From Eledone cirrhosa (taxonomy: Eukaryota): DNA of 64,000 bases. The stretch covers positions 21,824,001 through 21,888,000 of the forward strand of contig OZ024765.1 of assembly GCA_964016885.1 (NCBI GenBank), read 5' to 3'. Each line of letters starts with the position of its first letter. Position 1 is the first letter of the stretch. This document shows positions 13,171 to 26,800 of the stretch, in pieces. The notes beneath the pieces are model-generated. The model had not been told where the DNA came from. It ran no database searches and saw only the letters and a program-made list of their open reading frames with translations. Both the position numbers and the translations under genes were made by a program.

Positions 13171-13196
13171 ACTATAAATGCTACTCTGTCTTTCAG

Positions 13197-13279
13197 TTGC
13201 TGCCAAACACAAGGAGACGAAACAGTTCTACACCCACTACAATATACTGGATGATACTAAACTATATAGAAATAAAGAG
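13197..13279 (+). CDS. CCDC93: CCDC93 coding exon
   Basis: VAAKHKETKQFYTHYNILDDTKLYRNKE; phase 1 join with previous exon. Confidence 0.93.
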
Positions 13280-14035
13280 GTATATATACATATTCATTTC
13301 ATTTTACGTCCACTTCTCCCTGCTTGCAAGGGTGGGACGGGAACTGATTCTGGCTTGATTTCTACAGCTGGATGCCCTTCCTAACACCAACCTCATTTAC
13401 AGTGAGTGCTGGGTGCTTTTTTGCCGTGGCACCTCCACGACCACTTTGCAGTGGAATGATAAGGACCCCAGTCCCTATCATCTCATTTCTACAGCTGAGT
13501 AAACTGGAGCAATGTGAAATAAAGCGTCTTGCTCAAGGAAACAACACATCACCCGGTCTGAGAATTGAACTCACAACCTTTCGATTGCAAGGCCAATGCT
13601 CTAACCACTAAGCCATGTACCTCCATATACATACATATACAAATCATCATCATCATCACTTTAGCATCCATTTTTCCATGCTGACATGGGTTAGATGGGT
13701 CGTCCATGTTGGGAGACAAGCCTGTCCAGGATTGACCACGCTGTACCTTGCTCCTATGGGACTGTAAATTCAGCCGGGGATTACAGCTGGAAGCCATTCC
13801 TGACTTTTACAGTTTGGACTGGGTGCTTTTTATCATGACACCCTAACAACTGTGGGCTGGGTATACCAACCTTAAATGACATTTCTACACAGGGTTCCAT
13901 TATTCTCACTGTCAGCATCAATCTAAGGAGATAATCTGGAATATGTATTTCTATGGTATATCTATTTCTGTATCTACCCTGTTTATATACAACCAATAAA
14001 GAAGAGGGTCTGATCGAACCTATATATGAGTCTGA

Positions 14036-15068
14036 TAGTATACAGTTATAGTATACGGTTATAGTATATAGTTATAGTATATAGTATATAGTTTAGTATA
14101 TAGTTATAGTTATAGTATACAGTTATAGTATACAGTTATAGTATATAGTTATAGTATATAGTTATAGTATATAGTATATAGTTTAGTATATAGTTATAGT
14201 ATATAGTATACAGTTATAGTATATAGTTATAGTATATAGTATACAGTTATAGTATACAGTTATAGTATATAGTTATAGTATATAGTTATAGTATATAGTA
14301 TACAGTTATAGTATATAGTTATAGTATATAGTTATAGTACATAGTTATAGTATATAGTATACAGTTATAGTATATAGTTATAGTATACAGTTATAGTATA
14401 TAGTTATAGTATATAGTTATAGTTATAGTATATAGTATATAGTTATAGTATACAGTTATAGTATACAGTTATAGTATACAGTTATAGTATACAGTTATAG
14501 TATACAGTTATAGTATACAGTTATAGTATACAGTTATAGTACATAGTTATAGTATATAGTTATAGTATATAGTATATAGTTATAGTATACAGTTATAGTA
14601 CATAGTTATAGTATATAGTTTAGTATATAGTTATAGTATACAGTTATAGTACATAGTTATAGTATATAGTTTAGTATATAGTTATAGTTATAGTATATAG
14701 TTATAGTATATAGTTATAGTATATAGTTTAGTATATAGTTATAGTATACAGTTATAGTATATAGTATACAGTTATATTACACAGTTATAGTATATAGTTA
14801 TAGTTATAGTATACAGTTATAGTATACAGTTATAGTATATAGTTATAGTATATAGTTATAGTATATAGTTTAGTATATAGTTATAGTATACAGTTATAGT
14901 ATATAGTTATAGTATATAGTATACAGTTATATTACACAGTTATAGTATATAGTTATAGTTATAGTATACAGTTATATTACACAGTTATAGTATATAGTTA
15001 TAGTTATAGTATACAGTTATAGTATATAGTTATAGTACATAGTTATAGTATATAGTACACAGTTATAT
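14036..15068. repeat. ~13-bp AT-rich minisatellite
   Basis: gttatagtata(c/t)a variants. Confidence 0.95.
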
Positions 15069-15199
15069 AACTGCTATAGATCAGTCAATATGTCAATATG
15101 ATCAACCCTCTGAAACAATCGTAAAACAATATGTATTGGTAAAATAACTCAACTTTGTTGTTATTATTTTCATTTTAAATTAATTGTTTCATTGTTAAA

Positions 15200-15390
15200 G
15201 GGCGGTGAATTGGCAGAATCGGTAGAGGGTCGGACACCATGCTTTCTAGCATAGTTACGTCCCTTTACAGTCTGAGTTCAAATCCCGCCGAGGTTAACTT
15301 TGCCTTTCATCCTTACCGGGTCGATAAAATAAAGTACCAGTAATGCACTGGGTAATTGCTGGCCTTCTGCCTAAAGTAGAAACAATTATC
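15200..15390 (+). mobile_element. second tRNA-derived SINE family (copies about 1755-2160, 2830-2975, 30540-31075, 49120-49600, 55028-55220, 57085-57590, 61780-61880)
   Basis: A box tggcagaatcgg, B box gagttcaaatcc, conserved ctttgcctttcatccttacggggtcgataaaataaagtaccag core (resembles the MetaSINE domain as I recall it). Confidence 0.8.
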
Positions 15391-15722
15391 TTCATTGTTA
15401 AATTAATACCCAGTTATTCACGGAATTTTCCGTAGAACCCAACAAATAATTGTTCCTAGAACCACTACATATTCACAGAATTATATCTTCTGGGAATTTT
15501 TCATGGCAATATTTTTTTACCACTAAATTATTAACAACAATATACCATATTTGCTGGCCTATTAGACGCCCCTTTTTTAAAATTATATTTTATGTTATAT
15601 TTTGATGTTTATAGGCATTTTTATGGATCATGTCCAATATTCGTAGTTTTTCACTATATATATATATATTGATTAAAATAACAGATTAAAGTTGATGCAA
15701 AGATAAATAATATATATGGTTT

Positions 15723-15793
<71 letters not shown>

Positions 15794-16626
15794 AATATAA
15801 ATTCAGCGAGAATCGCATTTCGGCGGGTAGAAAAAGCGAAACGTAACGCAAATTCCGAGTCATGCTGGCAAGCACTCCATGGGCTAAAGAGACCAGAGCA
15901 ATAAACATAGGTTATAAAGGCCATACAAACTGAGAAGGCAGTCAAGAAGCCATTAACCACCTAAGCCAAAAAAAACGAGTCACGCTAAACAGGTCAGACA
16001 AAATAAATGACATATTCACCCAGACCCTTAGAATTGATGGTATAACCCAGTACAGGGTTTCTGCGACACCTAAATCAATAATACTGTCTGCTTAAAACAA
16101 TAAGCTTTTGGTATAATGATGGTACGAGGAATATCATATTATCAACAGGTATTTTGTTCTGCGCCAGTGTTGTGGATGACACAGTGTTTTGTAAAAGCAC
16201 ATGTGTAACTCACAGGGGAAAAACCCCAGATTTTGGCAAATGAATTCAGTATGTGTAAATCCATGAAAAAAATTGCATAAATAGCACAAATCGAATAAGC
16301 ACTCAACCGGGTAGTTTTTAAAATAAACTTATGCAATTAATCAGTCAATAGAATTATTAACAGGTTAATTGTAAGACTCAGGAGATTAATACAAATATAA
16401 ATTCAGCGAGAATCACATTTTGGCGGATAGAAAAAGCGAAACGCAACGCAAATTCCGAGTCATGCTGGCCAGCGTTCCATGGGCTAAAGAGACCAGAGCA
16501 ATAAACATAGGTTATAAAAGCCATACAAACTGAGATATATATATTAGCCTTGTCGAGCTCTCTTTGGATTTTAGTCTTCACATTTATTATTATTATTATA
16601 TATATATGACCCTCCCCAAGTATAAC

Positions 16627-16674
<48 letters not shown>

Positions 16675-16703
16675 GACCTTTTCTGTTTTCAACGAAAATT
16701 TCA

Positions 16704-16738
<35 letters not shown>

Positions 16739-17189
16739 GAATTCCAACTTTGTCTGATTTACTCGTTTTATTTACAATCCTTTAAAATTTATAATGGTAT
16801 TAGAATGGTATGGTAGAATAATGGTATTATGGTAGAATAATGGTATGGTAGAATAATGGTATTAGAATAGTATGGTAGAATATTAAATGTTAAGTGTTAA
16901 TTAAACAAGTACTTTCATGCTTTCGCAATCTTCAGGTTCATATTCTGTAATTTGACATGTGTATATATATATATATATATACACATGTCAAATTACAAAA
17001 TATGAGGAAATAATAGACAAAAATGTACCTATTTTTTCTTCAAAGTTATGAGACCCTGTGACAAACAGGAGAAAGTCCAGAGTAAAAGACTCACTATTTA
17101 GCCATAATAAAATATTGTTAGTCATGTTACCCATGTTTAACCTCAATATAAAATCTATCAAATAAAATATTTTCTATATTCTTCAACAG

Positions 17190-17227
17190 GTCAACCTCCT
17201 CAATTCAATACATGAAAACTTTGCCCA
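17190..17227 (+). CDS. CCDC93: CCDC93 coding exon (38 nt)
   Basis: aacag acceptor, gtaagt donor; VNLLNSIHENFAQ. Confidence 0.92.
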
Positions 17228-17264
17228 GTAAGTATTTCTACAAAGTTACAATTACAGTGTGTGT

Positions 17265-18035
17265 GTCATCATCATCATCATCATCATCGTTTAACGTCCA
17301 TCTTCCACGCTTGCATGGGTTTGGACGGGAGTTTTCCCACTTGAGGCAAGAGTGGTTGTCTTGCTCGCATAGGACTGTCTGGCAGGTTTTCTACAGCTGG
17401 ATGCCCTTCCTAACACCAACCACGTTTACAGTGTGGGGCTGGGAGGTTTTTACCGTGTTGCCTACACGGCCACATTACAGCGTGGACTGTCTGGCGGGTT
17501 TTCTACAGCTGGATGCCCTTCCTAACACCAACCACGTTTACAGTGTGGGGCTGGGAGGTTTTTACCGTGTTGCCTACACGGCCACATTACAGCGTGGACT
17601 ATGTGTTTTTTTGTCGTGACACCTACACGGCCACATTACAGCGTGGACTGTGTGTTATTTTGTCGTGACACCTACACGACCTCATTTGTTTCGGCCTGGA
17701 TGTTGTGGCACCAACATAACTTTACATAGAAGGGGGCGGTGTGGATGGGGTGGGGGTGGTGGGACGGGGGGTTTATTTTGTTAGAGGTGCCTACTGACTG
17801 TAGTAGGTTTTACTTTGTATTTAGGTAAGGCGGGTCTTCTCTATTACTGAGTACCGCCATAGGTCTCGGTCCAGTGACATTGTCTTGGAGAGGTGTAAGT
17901 GTGTGAGGTCGGAATTTATCAGCTCGTCCCAGGTTTTTCTGGGTCTGCCTACTCCGTGGCTACCGTCTATCTTTATTGCCCTGCACTTTGTTATACAGCT
18001 GTCGTCCTTCATGCGCATCATGTGACCATACCACC
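17265..18035 (-). mobile_element. RTE 3' end fragment, second subfamily (also about 31430-31685 +, 51860-52805 -, 62892-63280 -)
   Basis: WYGHMMRMKDDSC...GRPRKTW; shared ctacagctggatgcccttcctaacaccaac motif; (CAT)n end. Confidence 0.85.
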
Positions 18036-18081
18036 AATTCCACCCCGCCCGTCCCTTCAATCTTTCTTATTTCTCATTCTT

Positions 18082-18117
18082 TCTTCTGATGAAGGACTAT
18101 GGTCCGAAACGTTAAGA
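18082..18117 (+). ncRNA. minimal hammerhead ribozyme motif (paralog at 62167-62202)
   Basis: tctt CTGATGA a ggac-tatg-gtcc GAAA cgtt aaga; palindromic AACGTT stem III. Confidence 0.7.
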
Positions 18118-18233
18118 CCCTCTTCCTGCTATATCAAGCGTTAACCTAATATATACTTTCCATATACTGTACCGATTGTGTTGTTATTTCTGTTTACCTT
18201 TTACATACATATATATATATATATATACACAGG

Positions 18234-18278
<45 letters not shown>

Positions 18279-18530
18279 GGAAGAAATGTGGTAAGGAACC
18301 AGGTGGACCATAATGCACCAAAGTACTCAATACTTAGGGTAGTAGAGTGGGTAATAGGAACGAGTAGGACCCCGACGGCAGAGCTCAAGCCGTTTCGACG
18401 GCTAATTCTGGACGGTTGAGCTCAGCCGTCGGGGTCCTACTCGTTCCTATATATATATATATATATATATATAAGGATTAAAATACTGGAGCGTGTTGGA
18501 GTTAAACACCCTCTTCGTATTATAGAAATG

Positions 18531-18575
18531 ATTGCCCTGATGAGTCCTTAATAGGACGAAACATTGTTGGCTAAT
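18531..18575 (+). ncRNA. minimal type I hammerhead ribozyme motif
   Basis: gcc CTGATGA gtcct-taat-aggac GAAAC att GTT ggc; all three stems visible. Confidence 0.75.
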
Positions 18576-18632
18576 AAAAACTTTTGATGTATTGAAGGCT
18601 TCTTTGTTTTATTTTCATAATATATATATATA

Positions 18633-19620
18633 TATATAATGTGGTATTGTGTACATTATGTATAGTGTAGCAGGTTCTATATATTACATATATAATGTGG
18701 TATTGTGTACATTATGTATAGTGTAGCAGGTTCTATATATTACATATATAATGTGGTATTGTGTACATTATGTATAGTGTAGCAGGTTCTATATATTACA
18801 TATATAATGTGGTATTGTGTACATTATGTATAGTGTAGCAGGTTCTATATATTACATATATAATGTGGTATTGTGTACATTATGTATAGTGTAGCAGGTT
18901 CTATATATTACATATATAATGTGGTATTGTGTACATTATGTATAGTGTAGCAGGTTCTATATATTACATATATAATGTGGTATTGTGTACATTATGTATA
19001 GTGTAGTAGGTTCTATATATTACATATATAATGTGGTATTGTGTACATTATGTATAGTGTAGCAGGTTCTATATATTACATATATAATGTGGTATTGTGT
19101 ACATTATGTATAGTGTAGCAGGTTCTATATATTACATATATAATGTGGTATTGTGTACATTATGTATAGTGTAGTAGGTTCTATATATTACATATATAAT
19201 GTGGTATTGTGTACATTATGTATAGTGTAGCAGGTTCTATATATTACATATATAATGTGGTATTGTGTACATTATGTATAGTGTAGCAGGTTCTATATAT
19301 TACATATATAATGTGGTATTGTGTACATTATGTATAGTGTAGTAGGTTCTATATATTACATATATAATGTGGTATTGTGTACATTATGTATAGTGTAGCA
19401 GGTTCTATATATTACATATATAATGTGGTATTGTGTACATTATGTATAGTGTAGTAGGTTCTATATATTACATATATAATGTGGTATTGTGTACATTATG
19501 TATAGTGTAGCAGGTTCTATATATTACATATATAATGTGGTATTATGTACATTATGTATAGTGTAGTAGGTTCTATATATTACATATATAATGTGGTATT
19601 GTGTATATTATATATAGTGT
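18633..19620. repeat. 56-bp minisatellite, about 17 copies
   Basis: atgtggtattgtgtacattatgtatagtgtagcaggttctatatattacatatata. Confidence 0.95.
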
Positions 19621-19677
19621 GGTAATGTGTATGTATGTTATATATATATATAGTTCGAGAGAGATAGTATATATATA

Positions 19678-19714
<37 letters not shown>

Positions 19715-20003
19715 CATCATCATCATTCGTCGACTACTGTCGAGATGATGGATCTCACTCTCATGCCCCAGAGTCCCCTGTCCCCCATTGCTGCCCCCAG
19801 GTCCTGTCTACTGATTCCCGTATCCCTAGAGATAACGTCAGGGAATGACAGCTTCCTACTCCTAGTCAGGCTGGAGTCAGGGTTCCAGAGCAAGAGAGTG
19901 GATATGATTTCATTGCTGGCACGGTGACAGTGGCCAGCAAATTGAGCTCTCCGCGATATATACTCTCTCTCTCAAACTATATATATGTGCGTGTATATAT
20001 ATA

Positions 20004-20512
20004 TCTAAAACAGAGAATGTCTGTCTGTCCAATCACTAAAACTCGAGAACCACCCAACCGATTGTTTTCAAACTTTACACATGTAATACTTATGGTCCTG
20101 TGAGTGTTTTGAGCAAAAAATATTTCAAATTTTCAATGCCCTACGGACCCCATTAGGCGATTTAGCGATCTCTCTCTATAATACTTAGTCTTGCTCTTTT
20201 TAAATAGATACATAGATATAACGTTGTGCCCTTATAATATCTGTCTGTATGCCTGGCTGTCTGCATTATGACATTATGACGCGGTGTGTGTGTGTGTATA
20301 TATGTATATATAGTGTGTGTGTGTGTATATATATATATATAGTGTGTAATGTTTTTCGAAATATTTACTTCTGCGTTCACAGATTGATTTTTTTAGTTTC
20401 AGAAGATCCCGAGGCCGAGGTATTCCGTATTTCTCTGTACTGTTTCAGAAAGGAGGCATAAACATGCCAATCTATGTTTAGAATCCCGAGCAACGCCGGG
20501 TCATTCTGCTAG
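20004..20512 (+). mobile_element. non-autonomous Helitron-like element
   Basis: 5' TC in AT tract, (TCTG)n near 5' end, 3' hairpin cccgagcaacgccggg followed by CTAG|T. Confidence 0.65.
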
Positions 20513-20600
20513 TATATATATATATTTGTGCGTGTGAATATATAAATGTATATAAAAAGTCAGTTTCAGGCTTTAAATCTCTCATTTTCTTCCCCTCCAG

Positions 20601-20685
20601 GGCCATGGCGTCTACTGCTACTAAGGAACAGTTCCTACGACAGATGGAACAGATTGTCGAGGGAGTCAAACAGAACCGACTGAAG
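20601..20685 (+). CDS. CCDC93: CCDC93 coding exon
   Basis: ccag acceptor, gtaaca donor; AMASTATKEQFLRQMEQIVEGVKQNRLK. Confidence 0.95.
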
Positions 20686-20917
20686 GTAACATAACACTTG
20701 AGGGTAGTGTAATGGTGTGGTGGTGTGGTGTGTAGGATCTGTGACACTGCTAGAGTCACTCTATATTAGCTGTCTGATGAGATGATATAACAGTAAATGT
20801 GTTTACAGTTTAGCAGTTTATATTATATTCAGCAAAACTGTGTTAAATTGTTTTGACTCTTCTGTTATATTTCTAATGAAGTCCACTACATCACACAGGA
20901 GAGGTTGTCATGTCTAT

Positions 20918-22420
20918 ATGTAGTGTATATTATATAGTGTAGCAGGGTGTATATTATATAGTGTAGCAGGGTGTATATTATATAGTGTAGCAGGGTGTAT
21001 ATTATATAGTGTAGCAGGGTGTATATTATAGTGTAGCATGGTGTATATACTATAGTGTAGCAGGGTGTATATTATATAGTGTAGCAGGGTGTATATTATA
21101 GTGTAGCAGGGTGTATATACTATAGTGTAGCAGGGTGTATATACTATAGTGTAGCAGGGTGTATATACTATAGTGTAGCAGGGTGTATATACTATAGTGT
21201 AGCAGGGTGTATATTATATAGTGTAGCAGGGTGTATATTATATAGTGTAGCAGGGTGTATATTATATAGTGTAGCAGGGTGTATATTATATAGTGTAGCA
21301 GGGTGTATATTATATAGTGTAGCAGGGTGTATATTATAGTGTAGCAGGGTGTATATACTATAGTGTAGCAGGGTGTATATACTATAGTGTAGCAGGGTGT
21401 ATATTATATAGTGTAGCAGGGTGTATATTATATAGTGTAGCAGGGTGTATATTATATAGTGTAGCAGGGTGTATATTATATAGTGTAGCAGGGTGTATAT
21501 TATATAGTGTAGCAGGGTGTATATTATAGTGTAGCAGGGTGTATATATTATAGTGTAGCAGGGTGTATATACTATAGTGTAGCATGGTGTATATTATATA
21601 GTGTAGCAGGGTGTATATTATATAGTGTAGCAGGGTGTATATTATATAGTGTAGCAGGGTGTATATTATAGTGTAGCAGGGTGTATATACTATAGTGTAG
21701 CAGGGTGTATATATTATAGTGTAGCAGGGTGTATATTATATAGTGTAGCAGGGTGTATATTATATAGTGTAGCAGGGTGTATATTATAGTGTAGCAGGGT
21801 GTATATACTATAGTGTAGCAGGGTGTATATTATAGTGTAGCAGGGTGTATATACTATAGTGTAGCATGGTGTATATTATATAGTGTAGCAGGGTGTATAT
21901 TATATAGTGTAGCAGGGTGTATATTATAGTGTAGCAGGGTGTATATACTATAGTGTAGCATGGTGTATATTATATAGTGTAGCAGGGTGTATATTATATA
22001 GTGTAGCAGGGTGTATATTATAGTGTAGCAGGGTGTATATACTATAGTGTAGCAGGGTGTATATTATAGTGTAGCAGGGAGTATATACTATAGTGTAGCA
22101 TGGTGTATATTATATAGTGTAGCAGGGTGTATATACTATAGTGTAGCATGGTGTATATTATAGTGTAGCAGGGTGTATATACTATAGTGTAGCAGGGTGT
22201 ATATTATATAGTGTAGCAGGGTGTATATACTATAGTGTAGCATGGTGTATATTATAGTGCAGCAGGGTGTATATTATATAGTGTAGCAGGGTGTATATTA
22301 TATAGTGTAGCAGGGTGTATATATTATAGTGTAGCAGGGTGTATATATTATAGTGTAGCAGGGTGTATATATTATAGTGCAGCAGGATGTATAGTATAGT
22401 GTAGCAGGGTGTATATATTA
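20918..22420. repeat. 22-24-bp minisatellite
   Basis: tatagtgtagcagggtgtatatta. Confidence 0.95.
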
Positions 22421-23268
22421 TATATATATATATAATGTGGTATTGTGTATATTATATGTTGTGTAGAAGAGTGTATATATAGTGTGACACAAACTAAAGG
22501 TCCTTCTAACCCTTTGTTGGGCAAGCTTTCTACAGCTGGATACCCTTCTTATCACCAACCACTTTACAGAGTGTACTGGGTGTGTTTATTGTATATATCA
22601 CCAACACTAGAGAGGTTGTTGTGTCTTTGACACAGCTAAAGGGTCCTCTTAACCCTTTTAAGCATACTGTCTACAGCAGGGTGACCTTCCTGTCGCCAAC
22701 AGAGTGTACCAGGGGGCATTTTCTTGCCACCACCATAACTGGAGAGGTTGTTGGTCATGGAGCTAACTGCAGAACCCTCTCAGCTCTGGGGAGGAGGGGG
22801 GGGGGGGAGCAATAGGGGATGGTAATAGGTATTAAGGTGTTTGTGAGGATGGGTAGGAGTGGCTGATTAGAGTGTGGAGATGTAATGGTGTGGGGTGTGT
22901 GGTCAATATGGGGGCGTGATGGAGAGATAGGTAGGGGGTGAGGCATAGGTGCAGTTGGTTAGTGTGTGGGGAGAGGAGGTGTAGTGGTGTGGGTGTGTGT
23001 GGTCAATTTGGTAGGGTTGGGGGCGTGATATATGATGATGATGATATATACATATATATGTATGTATGTGTGTTGACAAGGATGATGATATAATATATAT
23101 ATATATATATACACATATATATACATGTGTATATTGACAGTGATGATATATACATATATATGTATGTATGTATGTGTGTTGACAAGGATGATGATATAAT
23201 ATATATATATATATATATACATGTGTATATTGACAGTGATGATATATATATATATATATATATATATA

Positions 23269-23780
23269 TCTGTGTGCAGGAGAGGAGGTTGCGCTGGTAT
23301 GGACATGTGATGGGTATGAAGGATGACAGCTGCATAAAAAGGTGCAGAGCACTAGAAGTCGATGGAAACCGCGGAGTGGGGAGACCCAAGATGACCTGGG
23401 ATGAGGTGATAAAAGCCGACCTTACCCAATTACACCTCTCAAAGGCGATGACACACGACCGTGACCTCTGGCGTCACGCAGTAATACAGAAGACCCGACC
23501 CCCCACGGGTACAAGCCGAAGCTGAAGCATATAGACAATATGCCCCCACCCCCTCCCACTGCAAAGTGGTCGTGGAGGCGCGACAGCAAAAAAGCACCCA
23601 GCACTCACTGTAAATGAGGTTGGTGTTAGGAAGGGCATCCAGCTGTAGAAATCAAGCCAGAATCAGTTCTCGTATGAGCAAAACAAGGTCAGCCGACCGG
23701 GCACTGCCCACAATACGACAACCTGTCTAACCCATGCTAGCGTGGAAGAACGGACGTAGAATGGTGATGATGATGATGAT
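23269..23780 (+). mobile_element. RTE 3' end fragment
   Basis: [13 protein letters not shown]...; (GAT)n tail; starts at (TA)n. Confidence 0.9.
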
Positions 23781-23871
23781 ATCCCCATCATGGTGATATA
23801 TACAGTTATATATAGACACAGAAGTGTCTCTGGCAGGTTTTCTTTACAGCTGGATGGCCTTCCTAACACCA

Positions 23872-26800
23872 ACCACCTTACAGTGTGGACTGGGAGCCTT
23901 TTTACCGTCTCTCCTAAATGGCCACCTTACAGTGTGGACTGGGAGCCTTTTTACTGTGTCTCCTACATGGCCACTTTACAATGTGGACTGGGAGCCTTTT
24001 TACTGTGTCTCCTACATGGCCACTTTACAGTGTGGACTGGGAGCCTTTTTACTGTGTCTCCTACATGGCCACTTTACAGTGTGGACTGGGAGCCTTTTTA
24101 CTGTGTCTCCTACATGGCCACTTTACAGTGTGGACTGGGAGCCTTTTTACCGTGTCTCCTACACGGCCACTTTACAATGTGGACTGGGAGCCTTTTTACC
24201 GTGTCTCCTACATGGCCACTTTACAGTGTGAACTGGGAGCCTTTTTACCGTGTCTCCTACATGGCCACTTTACAGTGTGGACTGGGAGCCTTTTTACTGT
24301 GTCTCCTACATGGCCACCTTACAGTGTGGACTGGGAGCCTTTTTTACCATGTCTCCTACATGGCCACCTTACAGTGTGGACTGGGAGCCTTTTTACCGTC
24401 TCTCCTACATGGCCACCTTAGTGTGGACTGGGAGCCTTTTTACTGTGTCTCCTACATGGCCACCTTACAGCGTGGACTGGGAGCCTTTTTACCGTGTCTC
24501 CTACATGGCCACCTTACAGCGTGGACTGGGAGCCTTTTTACTGTGTCTCCTACATGACCACCTTACAGTGTGGACTGGGAGCCTTTTTACTGTGTCTCCT
24601 ACATGGCCACCTTACAGTGTGGACTGGGAGCCTTTTTACTGTGTCTCCTACATGGCCACTTTACAGTGTGGACTGGGAGCCTTTTTACTGTGTCTCCTAC
24701 ATGGCCACCTTACAGTGTGGACTGGGAGCCTTTTTACCGTCTCTCCTACATGGCCACTTTACAGTGTGGACTGGGAGCCTTTTTACCGTCTCTCCTACAT
24801 GGCCACCTTACAGTGTGGACTGGGAGCCTTTTTACCGTGTCTCCTACATGGCCACTTTACAGTGTGGACTGGGAGCCTTTTTACCGTGTCTCCTACATGG
24901 CCACTTTACAGTGTGGACTGGGAGCCTTTTTACTGTGTCTCCTACATGGCCACCTTACAGTGTGGACTGGGAGCCTTTTTTACCATGTCTCCTACATGGC
25001 CACCTTACAGTGTGGACTGGGAGCCTTTTTACCGTCTCTCCTACATGGCCACCTTAGTGTGGACTGGGAGCCTTTTTACCGTGTCTCCTACATGGCCACC
25101 TTACAGTGTGGACTGGGAGCCTTTTTACTGTGTCTCCTACATGGCCACTTTACAGTGTGGACTGGGAGCCTTTTTACTGTGTCTCCTACATGGCCACCTT
25201 ACAGTGTGGACTGGGAGCCTTTTTACCGTCTCTCCTACATGGCCACTTTACAGTGTGGACTGGGAGCCTTTTTACCGTCTCTCCTACATGGCCACCTTAC
25301 AGTGTGGACTGGGAGCCTTTTTACCGTCTCTCCTACATGGCCACCTTACAGTGTGGACTGGGAGCCTTTTTACCGTGTCTCCTACATGGCCACTTTACAG
25401 TGTGGACTGGGAGCCTTTTTACCGTGTCTCCTACATGGCCACCTTACAGCGTGGACTGGGAGCCTTTTTACCGTGTCTCCTACATGGCCACCTTACAGCG
25501 TGGACTGGGAGCCTTTTTACTGTGTCTCCTACATGACCATCTTACAGTGTGGACTGGGAGCCTTTTTACTGTGTCTCCTACATGGCCACCTTACAGTGTG
25601 GACTGGGAGCCTTTTTACTGTGTCTCCTACATGGCCACTTTACAGTGTGGACTGGGAGCCTTTTTACTGTGTCTCCTACATGGCCACCTTACAGTGTGGA
25701 CTGGGAGCCTTTTTACCGTCTCTCCTACATGGCCACTTTACAGTGTGGACTGGGAGCCTTTTTACCGTCTCTCCTACATGGCCACCTTACAGTGTGGACT
25801 GGGAGCCTTTTTACCGTCTCTCCTACATGGCCACCTTACAGTGTGGACTGGGAGCCTTTTTACCGTGTCTCCTACATGGCCACTTTACAGTGTGGACTGG
25901 GAGCCTTTTTACCGTGTCTCCTACATGGCCACCTTACAGCGTGGACTGGGAGCCTTTTTACCGTGTCTCCTACATGGCCACCTTACAGTGTGGACTGGGA
26001 GCCTTTTTACTGTGTCTCCTACATGGCCACCTTACAGTGTGGACTGGGAGCCTTTTTACTGTGTCTCCTACATGGCCACTTTACAGTGTGGACTGGGAGC
26101 CTTTTTACTGTGTCTCCTACATGGCCACCTTACAGTGTGGACTGGGAGCCTTTTTACTGTGTCTCCTACATGGCCACCTTACAGTGTGGACTGGGAGCCT
26201 TTTTACTGTGTCTCCTACATGACCACTTTACAGTGTGGACTGGGAGCCTTTTTACTGTGTCTCCTACATGGCCACTTTACAGTGTGGACTGGGAGCCTTT
26301 TTACTGTGTCTCCTACATGGCCACTTTACAGTGTGGACTGGGAGCCTTTTTACTGTGTCTCCTACATGACCACTTTACAGTGTGGACTGGGAGCCTTTTT
26401 ACTGTGTCTCCTACATGGCCACTTTACAGTGTGGACTGGGAGCCTTTTTACTGTGTCTCCTACATGGCCACTTTACAGTGTGGACTGGGAGCCTTTTTAC
26501 TGTGTCTCCTACATGGCCACTTTACAGTGTGGACTGGGAGCCTTTTTACTGTGTCTCCTACATGGCCACTTTACAGTGTGGACTGGGAGCCTTTTTACTG
26601 TGTCTCCTACATGGCCACTTTACAGTGTGGACTGGGAGCCTTTTTACTGTGTCTCCTACATGACCACCTTACAGTGTGGACTGGGAGCCTTTTTACTGTG
26701 TCTCCTACATGGCCACTTTACAGTGTGGACTGGGAGCCTTTTTACTGTGTCTCCTACATGGCCACTTTACAGTGTGGACTGGGAGCCTTTTTACTGTGTC

